Below are positions 13,956-27,625 of a stretch of 64,000 nt of DNA, in pieces. Source of the stretch: Cenococcum geophilum (lineage: Eukaryota); contig CP158636.1 of NCBI GenBank assembly GCA_050273025.1, positions 10,230,001 to 10,294,000 of the forward strand. The letters run 5' to 3'. Positions within the stretch are counted from its first letter, which is position 1; every line of letters begins with the position of its first letter. A program made the translations under genes and the position numbers. The notes below the pieces were generated by a model that saw only the letters and a list, made by a program, of their open reading frames with translations, did not search any database and was not told the DNA's origin.

Positions 13956-15110
13956 TTAGTCGCTATCCTCTATTCCCGCTACCAACCTATCTACTACCAT
14001 CTTCTTAACAATCGGCCAAGTTATAACTCTATAATTGCTTATCCGACTTAGAATCTTCTTAGGCGTAATCTATTTATTATACTGCCCCTGTCTAAAAGCA
14101 TATAGCAGATATATAGCACTAAAATCCATCTCCCAGTCCTTCCGCGTTCTTCAGTTTTTAATAATAATATTATAGCAGATAATAGGATCCGTTAAATTAG
14201 TAATAATAGGCTTAGGAGATATGGTACTGTATATCCTAAAGAGGGCGTCCTTACTATCCTAGAACTAGTACGTTGGCGTAAATGCGTTCTAGTCTAGGAT
14301 AAGGACTTCATTTAGAATACTAATAAGGCGCCCGGTGATTTACGTTAGTAGTTATAAATTAAATTCCTAGGCGCCATTAAACGTAGCTATCTACTCGCGC
14401 ACCATAAGTCTTATTAAGGCGCTATTCGGCTTTATTAAGAAAACTCCATTATTAATCGTGCCGTTAATAGTGCCGTCCTCCTCTACGCCGCTATACTATC
14501 GTCTAGTAATAAAGGCAAACCCCGCGTTCTACAGCGGAGTTAGGGACTTAAGCGGCACAACGTCCTAGTTTATATAAATACCGCCAATCTTAGAGACCTC
14601 TTCCTAGCGTAGCACGTCTAACTTATACTAAATGGCTTTAACAGGCTTTATTACATTAGGGCCTGCGAACTACAGAACCCGGACATAGTTAATTTAAAGG
14701 AGGTTTAGGAAGGTAGTAAAGACCTTATAAGTCTATATATTCCCCGTTTTAATAGCGGACTTAATCTTAGTTTAGTTATAGTCAGTATAGAGGTAGATCT
14801 TAGACGGCTTAATATACATAACTAAGGCGTATAGGGATAGGAAGTACGTAAAGTGTATATTAATTATAGAATCCGAATCCCTCTTAATATATATATATAG
14901 TGGACGATGCTAGAAATATGCCTATATATAGCGAGATACTATATTACGGCATCCTTAGTAGAAGGGTATAGGAAGGAGGCTAGAGAGAGGAGAATAAGGA
15001 CAGGGACGCCGATTTTAACAAATATTTATAACCGGGAGTAAAGGAATAGCGAAATGGGGTTAAGGGGAGCATATCCTTTCTTATAGTGGAAGGGGTTAAG
15101 AGATTATAGG
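13956..15110 (-). pseudogene. Glycosyltransferase family 32 (DXD sugar-binding), type II membrane protein, RIP-degraded
   Basis: De-RIP reading: N-terminal TM IFVKIGVPVLILLSLASFLY, IPSIVHY, FTHFLSLYAS..YIKPSKIYLHTD, IQHKSDVLRWE..SEIGGIYMDWDVVPLK (~14540-14630), INNGVFL, AFAPTHW, WEMDFSATYLLHAF; stop at 13956-13958. Start is approximate. Confidence 0.85.
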
Positions 15111-17249
15111 AATTCTATTATTTTAAACCACTAATATCTAAAGAGCTAGAAGAAGAACAAGAACGTAAAAAGGAAAAAACCCTAAGTAGTATAGGAAAGG
15201 ACAAAAGATAGATTACTTAAGTAAAATTCCCTAATAGTCGCATTAGACTAGAAAGCGTTAGGACAGATTTTACTATTATTAACCGTTTTAAGTACGGTGT
15301 AGCCTTTAAAGGTAATAATAGGGTGGTATTAGATATCCTTATCTCCATCCTACTTATTACCGTCCTATGTTATATTATACGTTCTTCTTCCTTATTCTTA
15401 TCCTCATCCTACTAGCTAATGCTACTCCTTAGCGTTTAGTTAACGTCAATAACTTACTTAGCCTTATTAGCTTTACCTATATTATCCACCTTACCTATAT
15501 TATCCACCTTATCTATACTATCCACCTCACCTATATTATCTACCTTGGCTACACCAGCCATTAGTTAAGCAATTATTAGCACCTCTAGCGGTCTTCCTTT
15601 AAAAATAATATAAAACTAGCTTATAAAGTTAGCTTAGTAAAACTAAGAACTATATTAATAAACTAAGTGCCGGCTTACCTAAATTTAGCCTTCCTTGCGT
15701 GCCCCTACTCGCTTTTTTTATTCTACTTATTACCTTTCTTTTATATTAAAAGTTACGCTATATATTATATTAACCTTATAGTACTTACACTTCCTAAATC
15801 TACCAGCGTCTATTATATTCTTAGCTACTTACCAAAACCAACTACTTCTAAAAGATGCAGCTAGATATAATATGCTTAAAAGCAGTATATATTACTATAG
15901 CATACGCCGGAATAGGATTAATAGGAATTATCTTAGTAATAGTTACGGATAAGAAAAGAGAAAAGGCCGGAGCTTTTACTTTATAGGTTAATATAAATAA
16001 GTCTAACTAGGTGCCTTTAATTACTAATACTTATATTTAGTTTTTACCTCCAGAGTATAATTACCAAGTTCCTTAGAATATAATGGTTAGAATAAAATAC
16101 TTTTATATAAATTATACAAACTATATAAGTTATAAACTACTTCCTCTTTAAGTTTCTAAATTATTAGCTAGCTTACTAATTTCCTATTCTTCTAATCACC
16201 TTAATTACCTAGATTACGCCTTAGCTAGACTCCTTTATAAGACAATTACGGGTTGCTTAATTATTAGCATAGTGCTTACATTTTACTATTAGTGTATTTT
16301 AGCGTTTATTCTCTCTAATTTACAAATACTATATAGGCAGGTTTAGGTTAGCAGAAAGAACTTATTCCTTATTATCCTTTATATAGTAAACGCAACTATA
16401 TTCTATATTGTTTGCGCTTTCCCTTATTATATATTACACTCTATATACTCTAACGCTTACTTACTAGGCTTGGATATTAGAATGGAAATAAGGGATACTA
16501 CTTAATTCTGCTTAGGAGTACTCTATTCTGCACTTTATATAATAACATTTATAAGCCTTACTTTATTATTAAACCAAAGGTAGAAAGGTAATTTATATTT
16601 ACCATATTCCTTAATATATTAAGTCCATAATAATGTTATTTTAGTAACGTTCCTAATTCCCCCACCAGTTTTAAATTTAAGAATTATCTTATCTGCGACT
16701 TTATTCTAAAGTAAGTCGATATATAAGTAGTTCGCAGAGACCTATAGTTTAAATAACTATAGCCATAGGAGGCCGAAGAGGTCTCCGTAATGCCATTAAC
16801 TTAATATTTAATAAAGGTGCATCCCCACATAGAAACTTTACAGTTAACTATTTAGGTTGTTTTAGATTTTCCCTAATAATGCTCACCTTGTCCGCCAATT
16901 CCCTTATTTAGTCGCGGGTCCATCCTATTATTAGCATCCCTAGGCATAGTTTTATTATTAGTTACACTTTAGTAGCATTATAAACTATTACTAAACCGGC
17001 TAGTATTATACGGTTAAGCCTAACTAACTTATAGCGAGGGCGTTCCGGGTTAGTGGGCAAGAGGTTATATAGTAATAATTCACGATAAATAATATGTATT
17101 TTATCGTCTAATAAATGCCAAATTAACTATAAAGGAAAGAAGATATCTAGGTAAGGATTATATATACTTAAGTACATCCTAAACTCCCCATAACCCTCAT
17201 AGTACATTAATATGCAATATACGTGGTACGCAACCTATATGCCGTATAT

Positions 17250-19420
17250 ATCCTATCTATAAATTTTTTTTTAACAATTTTATATTATCTTATTATTAAA
17301 CGCTTAAAACGAAGCCGCTGTAAATACACCACTATATAGGTCTAATTCCATAAAAAGTTCTATCTAAATTTAAACTCTAGATATCCAAAGTCTAATTATA
17401 GGGGGGTGGAATTATAAGCTTCTAGCTATGTGTATCCGCTTTATCTAAAATAGCAGCCATTATATCTTAAATATTAGTCTTATTAGTGGCATAAATAATA
17501 AAGCTTATAAGGTAGAACATTATAAAGGGGTATTTTACGTTTATATAGTAGTGGACATAGTACTACCATATTCGCTCCAACTAAGGTCTATTAAACGGCA
17601 TAAATCCCTAATAATAGACGTGTCCTTACTAGGTACCGAAATTAAGCCTAGCCTTCCCTAGTTGTTCAATAGCCGGTATAGGCCAAGTATAGTAGTAGGT
17701 CTAGATAGAACCCTTAGCCATAAACGTATTTAGATGCTTCTCTTTAAAGGTCTCCGCAAATTTAACGAGATAATTAGGTAAAGGGAGTGCTCTATAGAAT
17801 ATTATAGACTCTAATAACTCTAGTAATTTTTCTCTAAAGTCGTATAGGAAGTATAGGTTAAGGCCTCTATCTATACCTTAAATAACTAATAGCCGAGTCT
17901 AGGTAGGTCCGCATTCCGGATTAAAACTAATTATACCTCTTTTTTCCATATCCTAAACGACGTATATAATAAACCGATCTTTATCTCTAGTATAAGACTT
18001 CTTAAATTTAAACTAGCAACTTATAAGCAATCCTTTATCTAAGTCCTAAGACCTAAATCTATTTCCCTTATATTTAATATCCTAAGGGGGTAGGTATTCT
18101 AAATTAAAGGTATTCTATAGGGTTATTTCCTCCTAAAATATCTCCTAAACCACAGGTAGTATTACGTCTTAAATAACTTTTCTAGCTAGTTGCCTTAGGG
18201 AGGGGTTATTAATAAGCATTAGTAAAGCGTCCTAGATAATATTAAAAAGTAAGAATAGTAAGCTAGGTTGCTTATTAATAATAATAAATTACTAAAAGTC
18301 TACCACTAGCGGATTATACATCGAGTCTTTCCTTAAAGTATTTTTTATATCTTCTAAAGTAACCTTAGTTATTTACTTAACGTTCTTAAGTTCCTCCTCC
18401 GTCTTCGCTAAACGGCGCCGCCTAATAGGGGCATCGTCTTTAGACGGATAGACCGTATTATTAACATTAGTTCCTTTATAGATAATAAGTAATAGGCAGT
18501 CAGGTCGCTTTTATAATTTATTTAAAAGCTAACGGGTTAATAAATCACCTATAGCTATCTGTTCTATTATATAGTTTTAATACTAGACTTGCGAAACTAA
18601 ACTATCCTTTAGGTTTATGGAAAGTAGGAAGCTCTTATAGTTAACCTTATTAGAAGGTATAAAACCAAGATACACTATAGCAGTATATTTAAGTAGAAGG
18701 CTTTTTAGGTCACACCAATATTTATTATATAATCCTATTATTAATAGCTTATAAATAGAGCTATAATCTTTAAAGCTTTTATAGATAGTTAAAAGAGTCT
18801 AAGGAGTAAGGAGCTTTAGGAGCCATTAATAGAGTATATCCTAGCACGGCTTAATCATTTTTAGGCCTTTTATATTAGATAGAATAACGCCGCCTAGAAT
18901 TCTCACATTCTTAAATTTAAGAGCGGCAAGCGTTTATACCCAGATGGTAACCCTAAGATATTAAAGAGCATACGGACGCTATACCTTCTTAAAAAAGTCA
19001 ACGTAAGTCTCTACCTAGTTGGCGTAGAGACCTTTTAGGAATTTATTAATACTTACTACTCTAGTTACCTACTCGAGCACCTTAGGGTCGCTTTTATTAA
19101 ATACTATAATTTAAAACCAGCTACGCAGTATATTAGTACCACCATCCTTAGGCGTCAGAGGTCTTAAATCTAAACTTACAGCGCTACACTTTAGTAGAGA
19201 GTCGTTAAGGTCTAGTACAATTTTATAAAGCTAACAGACGGTGCTTGCGTAGAAGCCCGCGTAGAAATCCTTTAAAACTATAATAGTGCTATTATCGGGG
19301 ATGCTTTAGAGAGTGGTTAGCGTTACTATCTTTATCTTTAAAAGGTCGGTTTCGGCAAGGCTCAGCCCTAGGTATAATATTAGAAAGAAAGTACCTAATT
19401 AGGCTTTATTATACTTATAG
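17250..19420 (-). pseudogene. RIP-degraded large hypothetical cargo gene
   Basis: Extended protein-like frames after de-RIP (e.g. LRSWFQIIVFDESDPEVLEQ; LPDHLVEFAETFEEKHL; FDRPQLERIWQYH). Family not recognised. Confidence 0.4.
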
Positions 19421-21299
19421 CATAAAACCTACCTAAACTCCAGTTAGTAAAGGCCTATATATCTTATTTTAGTTTTATAATCCACTAAATACGGTCAGTA
19501 GTATTACTACTAGTCCTATAAAAGCGTACACTAATTTACCTTCTTAGATTAATAACTAAACACAACTTATCCACTTTCTAGTTAGCGGAGTCAAAATTAA
19601 GGGGCCCTTTAATATTATCGGCTTCCTGCTAAGCTTGCTTCCAGTTTATATTTAGAGACTTTATCTCTTTAAAATGGCGATTACACCAGGCCTAACCTTC
19701 TATTAGAAGGACGGTATAGCAAAGCTAGTTATTTTTAAGCGTATTATATCTTAGACCTTATACCTATAGGAACAAAGGTGGCTCTAAGGACTAAAGTAAT
19801 ATTCTAGCTTATTATTAGTTACTATGCCTACCTAAGCTTTAAGACACATAAATGCGAAATTATAGGCTTATAATAAATAATTACAGAAAGCTAATATCTA
19901 AGTCGATATTATAAGTACGCCTAAGGAAAATAGCTACACTATAAATGCAAATTTGGATAGCGGGCGCTGTTGGCTTCCGGGTTGCTAGTATTGCGGCATA
20001 GCTATACTAGTTGCTTACTAGATAGGCTATTTCTACCTAAAATCCAAAGCATATCTATAGCTTTGCTTATACGTATCCATAGATAAAAATATTATACTTA
20101 GAAAATATAAAACGCTAAAATAAGCTCTATAATATAAGACGTCCCTATACATCTATTATAGCTTAGTGGGAAATACAGCTATAAGGGGTCGACGTCTATT
20201 CTATACTGCTTAACAATAAAGAAGCTTAAAATCCGCTAATTAGCTTATTAAACGTAAAGCATTATAAGTATCCTAATATATAGCACACCTACTTCCTATA
20301 CTAGGTCTTAGGGTATATAAGAAGCACTAACTATATATCTAAAGTGTTATAGGTAGAAAGCGGCTTAGCGCACCTTTATTTTAGTATTTTTTAGTAAGAA
20401 AAAGTATATAAGAGGTAATAATGTGCAAGAGGTGGTCCGAACTTAGTAATATAATTTTAGTTCGCTATAGAAACTAAAGCACCTACTAACTAAATTATTA
20501 GCAGGGATATAAACACCATAAAGGTGCAAACTATTTAACTCTAATCCTATATATAAAGCGTCTTTTATAAACAAATAATACATTATAATAACTCCAAGGC
20601 TAAACACTAAAAGGCAGCTCATCTGTATCCTTTTCCGCTTATATTCTATAATTTCATTTTCAGCCTCTCTAATATTATTTACCTATACACTCTAAAGTCT
20701 CATTCCGGCTTCTTTTAAGGCTCTTAATTTTTTATTTAGGTATAATTTATACCCTAACCAGAGTCTAAGGACTCTAATAAATAGTAGTATTAAGATAAAG
20801 TACATTTAGGCGGCTTTACTACGCCATTATTTTCTTCTATACTAGGATTATTACACCCTAAATTATTCTTACATTCTATAGCTGATAAAATACTCTATTT
20901 ATATTAGTAAGCCAGTAAATAATAAAGCCACTTAAAAACCACTATTAATGTACCTACTTTACTGCGTTAAAGGCATTATCTAAGCCTTTAGGCTTTAGGA
21001 TAAACGGTATAGCTTAGCAATATTAGCAGTACCTTATTAAAGAGTTAAAAATAAGGCACACCTTAATTAAATATAACGTGCTATCCCCTACCTTTACCTT
21101 TAAATCACTTACTGTTGATTATATGTCCTACTCTTCTTATATAACTTATAAAAGAGCTAAATATAGGCTCTACTTAGCTCTACCTAGAAAGCTAAGGCTT
21201 AAAGGCTAAGCCGATATACTAACTTAATAATATAACTGTCGTATTATAAATGCGTTAAGATACAACTACAGACGGGGCTTAATCCCCTCTCTATCCATA

Positions 21300-23100
21300 T
21301 TTAACCTTACTATACCTCCACACAATAGTTACATTAAAGATAATGGTTTATATTACCCTATATCTTCTAAGTATTTTAATATAGCGACATAGGTGCGGCC
21401 AGTAAGGCGGTTATTTACAGCCTCTACCCCCTTTAACAAATCAATAGCTAAAAAATCTAGCCTAGGGCCGATATTACCTAGTTTAGGCTTTAAATTTAGC
21501 TATCTAGCGAATAAGAACCAATATAATCTGCAATTAGGATACGGCATATATAGAGCCCTAAATTAAACCGTGGATCTTAATTATATATACTTCCTTATTG
21601 CGTATAGGCCTAATAAGTATAATGACATCTTAAGGGCTTATCCTCTTATAGAAACTACCCCCTACTAGCGGTTACCGCATTATTTATCCACTAGCTTATA
21701 TATCCTAACCCTCTTATAGGCACCAGTGGTAACTTCCAAACTTATAATACTAGCGCTACTAGCTAAGCCATAATAGAATATCCCTATACTAGACCAGCTA
21801 CTTATGTAACCAAAACCGCTTTATTCAAATATATATATCTAGTTCTCCGGCGTAATTCCCGGTAAAAAGGCATAATACGCTACAGACCCCCAAAGTATAG
21901 AAAGGGTAATTAACGCTCCACTAAGCCTCCCTCGCGTATAAGTCTTCCTCTATTATAACCGCAGTTAATATAGCCTATAATATAAATATAAGCGTCTCCT
22001 ATATTAATCCCCTTTTTAACCGGCCTCTATTTCTAAGACTTCTTCTATAACCTAGCGTAGCGCGCAAACCTACACTTCACTAAAGGTTTCGTAAGAAAGT
22101 AGTTTTGCTAGTATCTAACGCATACTAAAAAAAACATCATTACGGTAATAGTTTAAGCCTCTTTTAGTTTGTATAGTTATAAAGGCTATAATAACATTAC
22201 TTCTATAATCGCGGTGTAATTATTTTAAAATCTAATAGCAGAAGCTATGGGTAAGAGACTTCTTAGGATCGCTTAACTAAAAAGAGCGAAGGAGACCCCT
22301 TACCATTACTAGCACTGCAATTACGCTAATACTTCCCTTACGCCAATATCTCCACGCCCCTATTTTAGCCCATTTCAACGCTAAAATTTACTCCACGCCT
22401 ATATCCTTAGTTGTTTAGCGTAGCTATAAGTATATAGTTAATACCCGAACTCTAATAACTAAGTAAAGGATAGAGTTTACCTAAGAGATAATATATAAGT
22501 TAGGTTAAGTTATAAAACCTTTTTACTACCTCCTATTACTTACGGTATATAGGCAGACTATACCTTTATATATAATCCCATCTTTAAGGCCCCAATATTG
22601 CTATATTAATAATATACCTCGCGGCTACACTATAGTAGCCCCTACCCTACTAAACCGGAGAAGGGTTTATATAATGCGTGCCCTTACTATACCCTAGAGG
22701 CGTAGCACCTAAAATAGACCGTTACGTATAAGTATTATATTAGGCGGCGTATATCTATATCCCTTAACCTAAAATATCTACTACCTTAAGAGAGAAGGTT
22801 ATACGGCCTTTAGTTTAAATAACCTAAAGCAACTTTTACGGCTAAGGCTTATAAATTAGCTAAGCGGAACTATATATAAAAGTGCCACTATTATAGGGGG
22901 AACGGAAGCCGGCGCGAGGCCTTAAAGCCTTAGCAATTTAGGATATACCTTATACAGCATAATAGACAGCAGTAGGAGTAGTTAATTAGCTTATACTAAG
23001 GGCTCTAAAGGCTCTACTATATAGGTAAACGGCACGAAGCGTCTTATCTGGGCTTAGGAACCACCTAGGCTAAGTTTATCTTATATAGTTAGATTAGGGG
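21300..23100 (-). pseudogene. RIP-degraded hypothetical cargo gene
   Basis: Protein-like frames including GLLQCSREVY, which resembles the LLxxCRxxY motif of fungal F-box-like proteins, and YTSQWMNDAV. Assignment uncertain. Confidence 0.3.
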
Positions 23101-23294
23101 CTTAATAACATAAAGCAGAAATCCTTAGTTAAGAACATCCCCTAATACTACCCTATCTTTAAGCGGAAACCCATATTATATAGAATAGTAAGGAGTAGTA
23201 TTTAAACCCCAGTATTTGCACTTTTTAAATAAACCTATCTCCCTTCTTAAATAACCCTATCTCCTTTTAAACAAACCCACCGCATATATTAGCA

Positions 23295-24600
23295 ATGGAT
23301 TATTCTAACTTTAAATATCCTTCTAAGCATTTCTCCATCTCCAAAGCCACTTATTTAAGATTAGCATAGGTAGATTCTATACTTAATTCTACCGGTCCTA
23401 TTCCTCTTATATTTAAAGATACCTTTACGGGATTTAAAGCCAATAAAACTCTAAATAGAGAGACTTACGTAATTCCTATAATATTTACTACTAACAGCCT
23501 AGTGGCTACAGAGCTTATAAGCAAATCCCCTATATCCTACCTAAAGCATTTCTTAATTAGTAGCGGGTAAGGCTTAGCCATAACCGATTCTCTTAACCCT
23601 AAACCTTCTATCAACAAAATTATGCCAAAGGACGTTTAAGTATATAATACCCAATTTAAACAGATTTTCTGCTACTCCAGCTACTTCTCTAAAATAGCAA
23701 ATACTTCCATAATAATGGCTGGCCAAATAATAAAGGAGTTTAAATAGTACGTGCCTACGGAAGGTTTTAGCTCTGAAAACACGACTAAGCTATATACTTA
23801 CACTAATACTATAGAAGTTTACTCTAACGAAGGTAATATAACACACGCTCTTTTATATTAGCCCTAACAAATACTAATTAAAGTCTATAAAAGAGGAGTA
23901 GATGGATATAGAAGATTATAAGCAGCTAGGTAAACTTATCTAGCAGTAATACCTAAATTTAGAGCAAAACCTTAAAAATAACCATTAAGGTTTATTTAGA
24001 TCTTCTAAAGGTATACCAAAATATAAGAAGAGGTAAAAAAAGAATACTATATATATATTAACAATTACGTAGATTATCTAATCCTTATTAAAGAGGACTT
24101 TAACGCTCCTATCCCTTTCGCGGAATCTCCTATACGCCAAAAGTCTTTTATACGCCGGAAGTCTCCTAGGGAGGTAAAGAAAACTACTACTCTAGACAGA
24201 GCTGGGCGGTTACAATATAGTAATTAGCTTAACTTAAAAGCTTTAAAACCTAAAATATAATCAGAATAGGAGAAAGTATAAAAGGGCTAGATTTAGATAG
24301 AAGAAATTTTCTATAAATAAGGATGCTAAGCTTTACTAAAAAGCTTATAAAAGTTTAAAAAGACTTTAAAAGAAGGATTAAAAACTATATACTCTTTTAG
24401 GGATTTTAAGCTTTATAAATATCAACTTATAAAGCTCTAAAAGGGTATGCTATAAAGGTTAACTAAAAGCAATAAAACAATTAGGAGGCCCGCTTATAAG
24501 TATAAAGAGCTATTACGTTACCTAGCTAAGTATAAAAGTGTACTTTATTTAAGAGAGATATAGAATAGATCGAAGTTTATACCCTATCCCTATATCCTCG
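23295..24600 (+). pseudogene. RIP-degraded hypothetical protein with a charged, coiled-coil-like C-terminal part
   Basis: ATG at 23295 followed by a long frame with few RIP-type stops (MDYSDFEYPSEHFSISKATY...). K/E-rich region after ~24230. Confidence 0.4.
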
Positions 24601-24699
24601 CCAAAAAGGTAGCAATAGCTATTATAACGTGGCATTTAGGTAGCTTTTAGGTTTTTTATATCCACCTAAACAACTACTAAACCAAATTTACCGGTTATA

Positions 24700-25674
24700 T
24701 AATAATACATATATAGTATAAGTAGTCTCCGTTAATAGCAAGCTAACTTAAGTTAATATTATTAGCTAAGAGTTAATCTATTAAACTTTAGGAGTTATAT
24801 TAATCCTTCTTAACAAATCATAGGTACCCTCGTCTCGCTCTCTAGTAAGGAGGCTATGGCAATATAACTATACTTCTATCCTTAACTTCTCGCTAGCTTT
24901 ATAGTCGTAATCTCTAAAATACCAGTAATACGAATCTTAAAACTATATATATACTATAAGCAAAGCCTAGAAATCTAGCTCGACCTAGTACTTACTAACT
25001 CTTTTTATTTATTCGCGGCGTAGCAAGTTTATAATAGCCTTTTTTTATTTTAGGCGAAATCACGAGCCGAAATAAAGTGGCTTAAAGTCCTCTTTATAAA
25101 GAATAACGCCTTCTTTAAGTAATAGTTAAATAAAAGCAATCTTAACCAGGTTATATATAGCTGCCTCTCATATAAAGGGGTTTAGTCGTGCTCTAGCATC
25201 CTATAGTATATATATAATCTCTTTTTAGCTATAGGAAATGGCTATATTTAACGGGATACGTCCATTAGCAGGCTTGACTTCGGCCCTATACTTAAGCAAT
25301 AGTTTAACAATTTCTACGTTGCTTCTCCACGAAAGTTTTAAAAGCACACTTTTACCTTCTCTTAGCACGTTAATAGGCGCGCCCCATTTTAGTAGTAGGC
25401 AAACTATATCTATATAGCCTTCCTCTACGGCTAATAGTAAGGGCTTAATAAGGTCGTTAATGTTAATAAACGGAACAGCCTTCTAAGCAGTGCTAGCCTA
25501 CCTAAACTTCGCTGCCTAATATATTGCGGAGCTGCTATCGCGTTTATAAAGCTCATTATTTAATATATAGTAGAAGTAATAACCTATAATAATAAGAGCA
25601 TTAACATCGCATACACGTTTAAGATACTCCGCTATTATAAGAATTAATTTAATAGTTAGATAAAGTATAAACAT
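24700..25674 (-). pseudogene. F-box-like + ankyrin-repeat protein, RIP-degraded
   Basis: De-RIP reading: LILMIAEYL..VCDVNAL...RYFY..LN.ELYKRD (F-box-like), then AIYWAAKFG, PLLLAVEEGHVDIVCLLLKWGAPIN, NVEIVKLLLEYGAEV, PLNMAISHGQKEII. The 3' end is approximate. Confidence 0.8.
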
Positions 25675-27137
25675 TTTTAATAGTTAAGAATACTTTTTAA
25701 GGAATGGCAGAAGTAGGCTAGTTTTCCCCTCCTTTTAAGTCCTTAGAGTGTTAAGCTAAAGTTAGAATATTTAGTTATTAGCAGCGTTATATACTATTTT
25801 AGCCGACAATATCCGAACGCTTATAATAGTTTATAGATAATTTCCCTTTAAGCGATAATTGTATACACGCTTACTTTAATAATATTATTTATTTATATAA
25901 TATACTCTCTTATATATATAAGAGATAAAGATTAAAACTAGCACCTAGTAGAAGATAGAGGGCTAAGGTATTAGCGGATAAAAGCTACTATTCCGAGCTA
26001 CGGTTACTTTCCTCCTCCTTACACTTTAGGTATACTTTATCCTCCTAACAGCATCTATTATAAAAGCTATACTTCTAGCAGTTTGCTATTAGTACTAACT
26101 CCCCTAATAAATACCCTCCCTTATATACTATACATTTCTTTATTATTTTTAGGTAATACTCTAGAAATCTCTTAACCTTAATATATTCCTTAAAAATCCT
26201 ATCTAGTTATTAACATTCTAACTCTTCCTAATAGTCTTTAATCCTTTTTAATATCTCTACCTTTTCCTCTAGTACTAAACGCTTTAGCACCTACTTTTAT
26301 ACTTTTTCTCCAATTAATATTATTATATATCCTACTCTTTACCGCTCTATTCCCATAATATAATTTACTATATCTTAAGTATTAATATTCTTAAGGATAT
26401 TTACAATTAAATTATCCTTACCGATTATTATAAACTTTTTAATAACTTTTCTATCTAAACTATAGTAAATTACCCGGAGGTTCTACTTAGGTAATTTCTC
26501 TATTACCTCTACGGCCTTAACATATTTAGAAACTTTATTTATAAGATTAAAAAGGCTAAAACTCATTTTAACCGTTAAAGATACTAAAATTTAGCTTAGT
26601 ATAAATTTTAGAGCAATAACTAAACTAAATCTTGTAGATTTAAGTTTAGGAGGCGATCTAGTAACTAAGGGATTTTTATACGCGATAGGGACCGGAATAA
26701 ATATAAAGGTAAAACAATAGAAATTACTTTTATCTATCTTAAGGAGCTTACTGGATAGGTATAAAGGGCTAATAAGATATTTAGGGTTAATAGTATAGAA
26801 GAATAGAGCGATTTATACTCGCGCCAATTAGATATAAAATGGCGGATTAGCCTATATAGGTAACTTATATTTAGACTAAAAAATTAAAGTAGATTTAACG
26901 CTAGTTTAAATAGATTACTAAAAGAATATATTCACTAAGAGTACGGGAGCTTATTAACTTTAAACTTAATCTCTTAATAACTAGGGGGGAACAAACGGAT
27001 AACTTTTAGGGATAAAAAGGTCCGCCCTTAGGAAAAATAGGCCTATAAAAAAGAACCTATCTATATAAAGGAGTTAGTTAAGGAGAAAAGTTAGCAGTAT
27101 AGGGTTACTACAGTTTTGGGTGCCCTATTAGATATTA

Positions 27138-27625
27138 TAGTTTTCTTATCTACCGCAACTTACTTCTAGATAAAAGCCTCCTATATTAAAATATCGTCTT
27201 TATATATAAATTCGAATATAAATCGTATATAATCGTATATGTAGTACTTTTTTTACTTAAAATATATAAAACTCTATTTCTTACTAGCCTCTTTATTACT
27301 AAGTCTTAACAGGTATCGCCTACTTAAATTGCAATCCTATTAAGCTAAAAGGACGGTGTAATAAGGGCGTAATAGGCAAATGCCGTACTCAATTATTTAA
27401 TAAGCCTCCCCCCTTACTAGCTATACCCTGCCTAGCCGTAGTATAAGGCGACGCAAATCTGCCAAATATAGTAGAAGGAAGCCTTAGGCTTATAGTAAAG
27501 AAATAGAGTTAATAAAGTATACGCATACAATTATATTCGATTTATATTCGAATTTGTATATAAAGACAATATTTTAATATAGGAGGCTTTTATGTGGAAG
27601 CGAGTTGCAGTAGATAAGAAAACTA
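27138..27625. mobile_element. MITE with ~105-bp terminal inverted repeats, probably Tc1/mariner-derived (TA flanks), RIPped
   Basis: ~27138-27243 is the reverse complement of ~27520-27625, differing mostly by transitions. TA flanks both ends. The terminal TAGTTTTC is consistent with a RIPped CAGTTTTC. Confidence 0.8.

Noticed and set aside
17250..20300. Spok-like meiotic drive gene as cargo
   Set aside because: Considered because Spok genes ride on Starships, but I could not identify diagnostic nuclease or kinase motifs.
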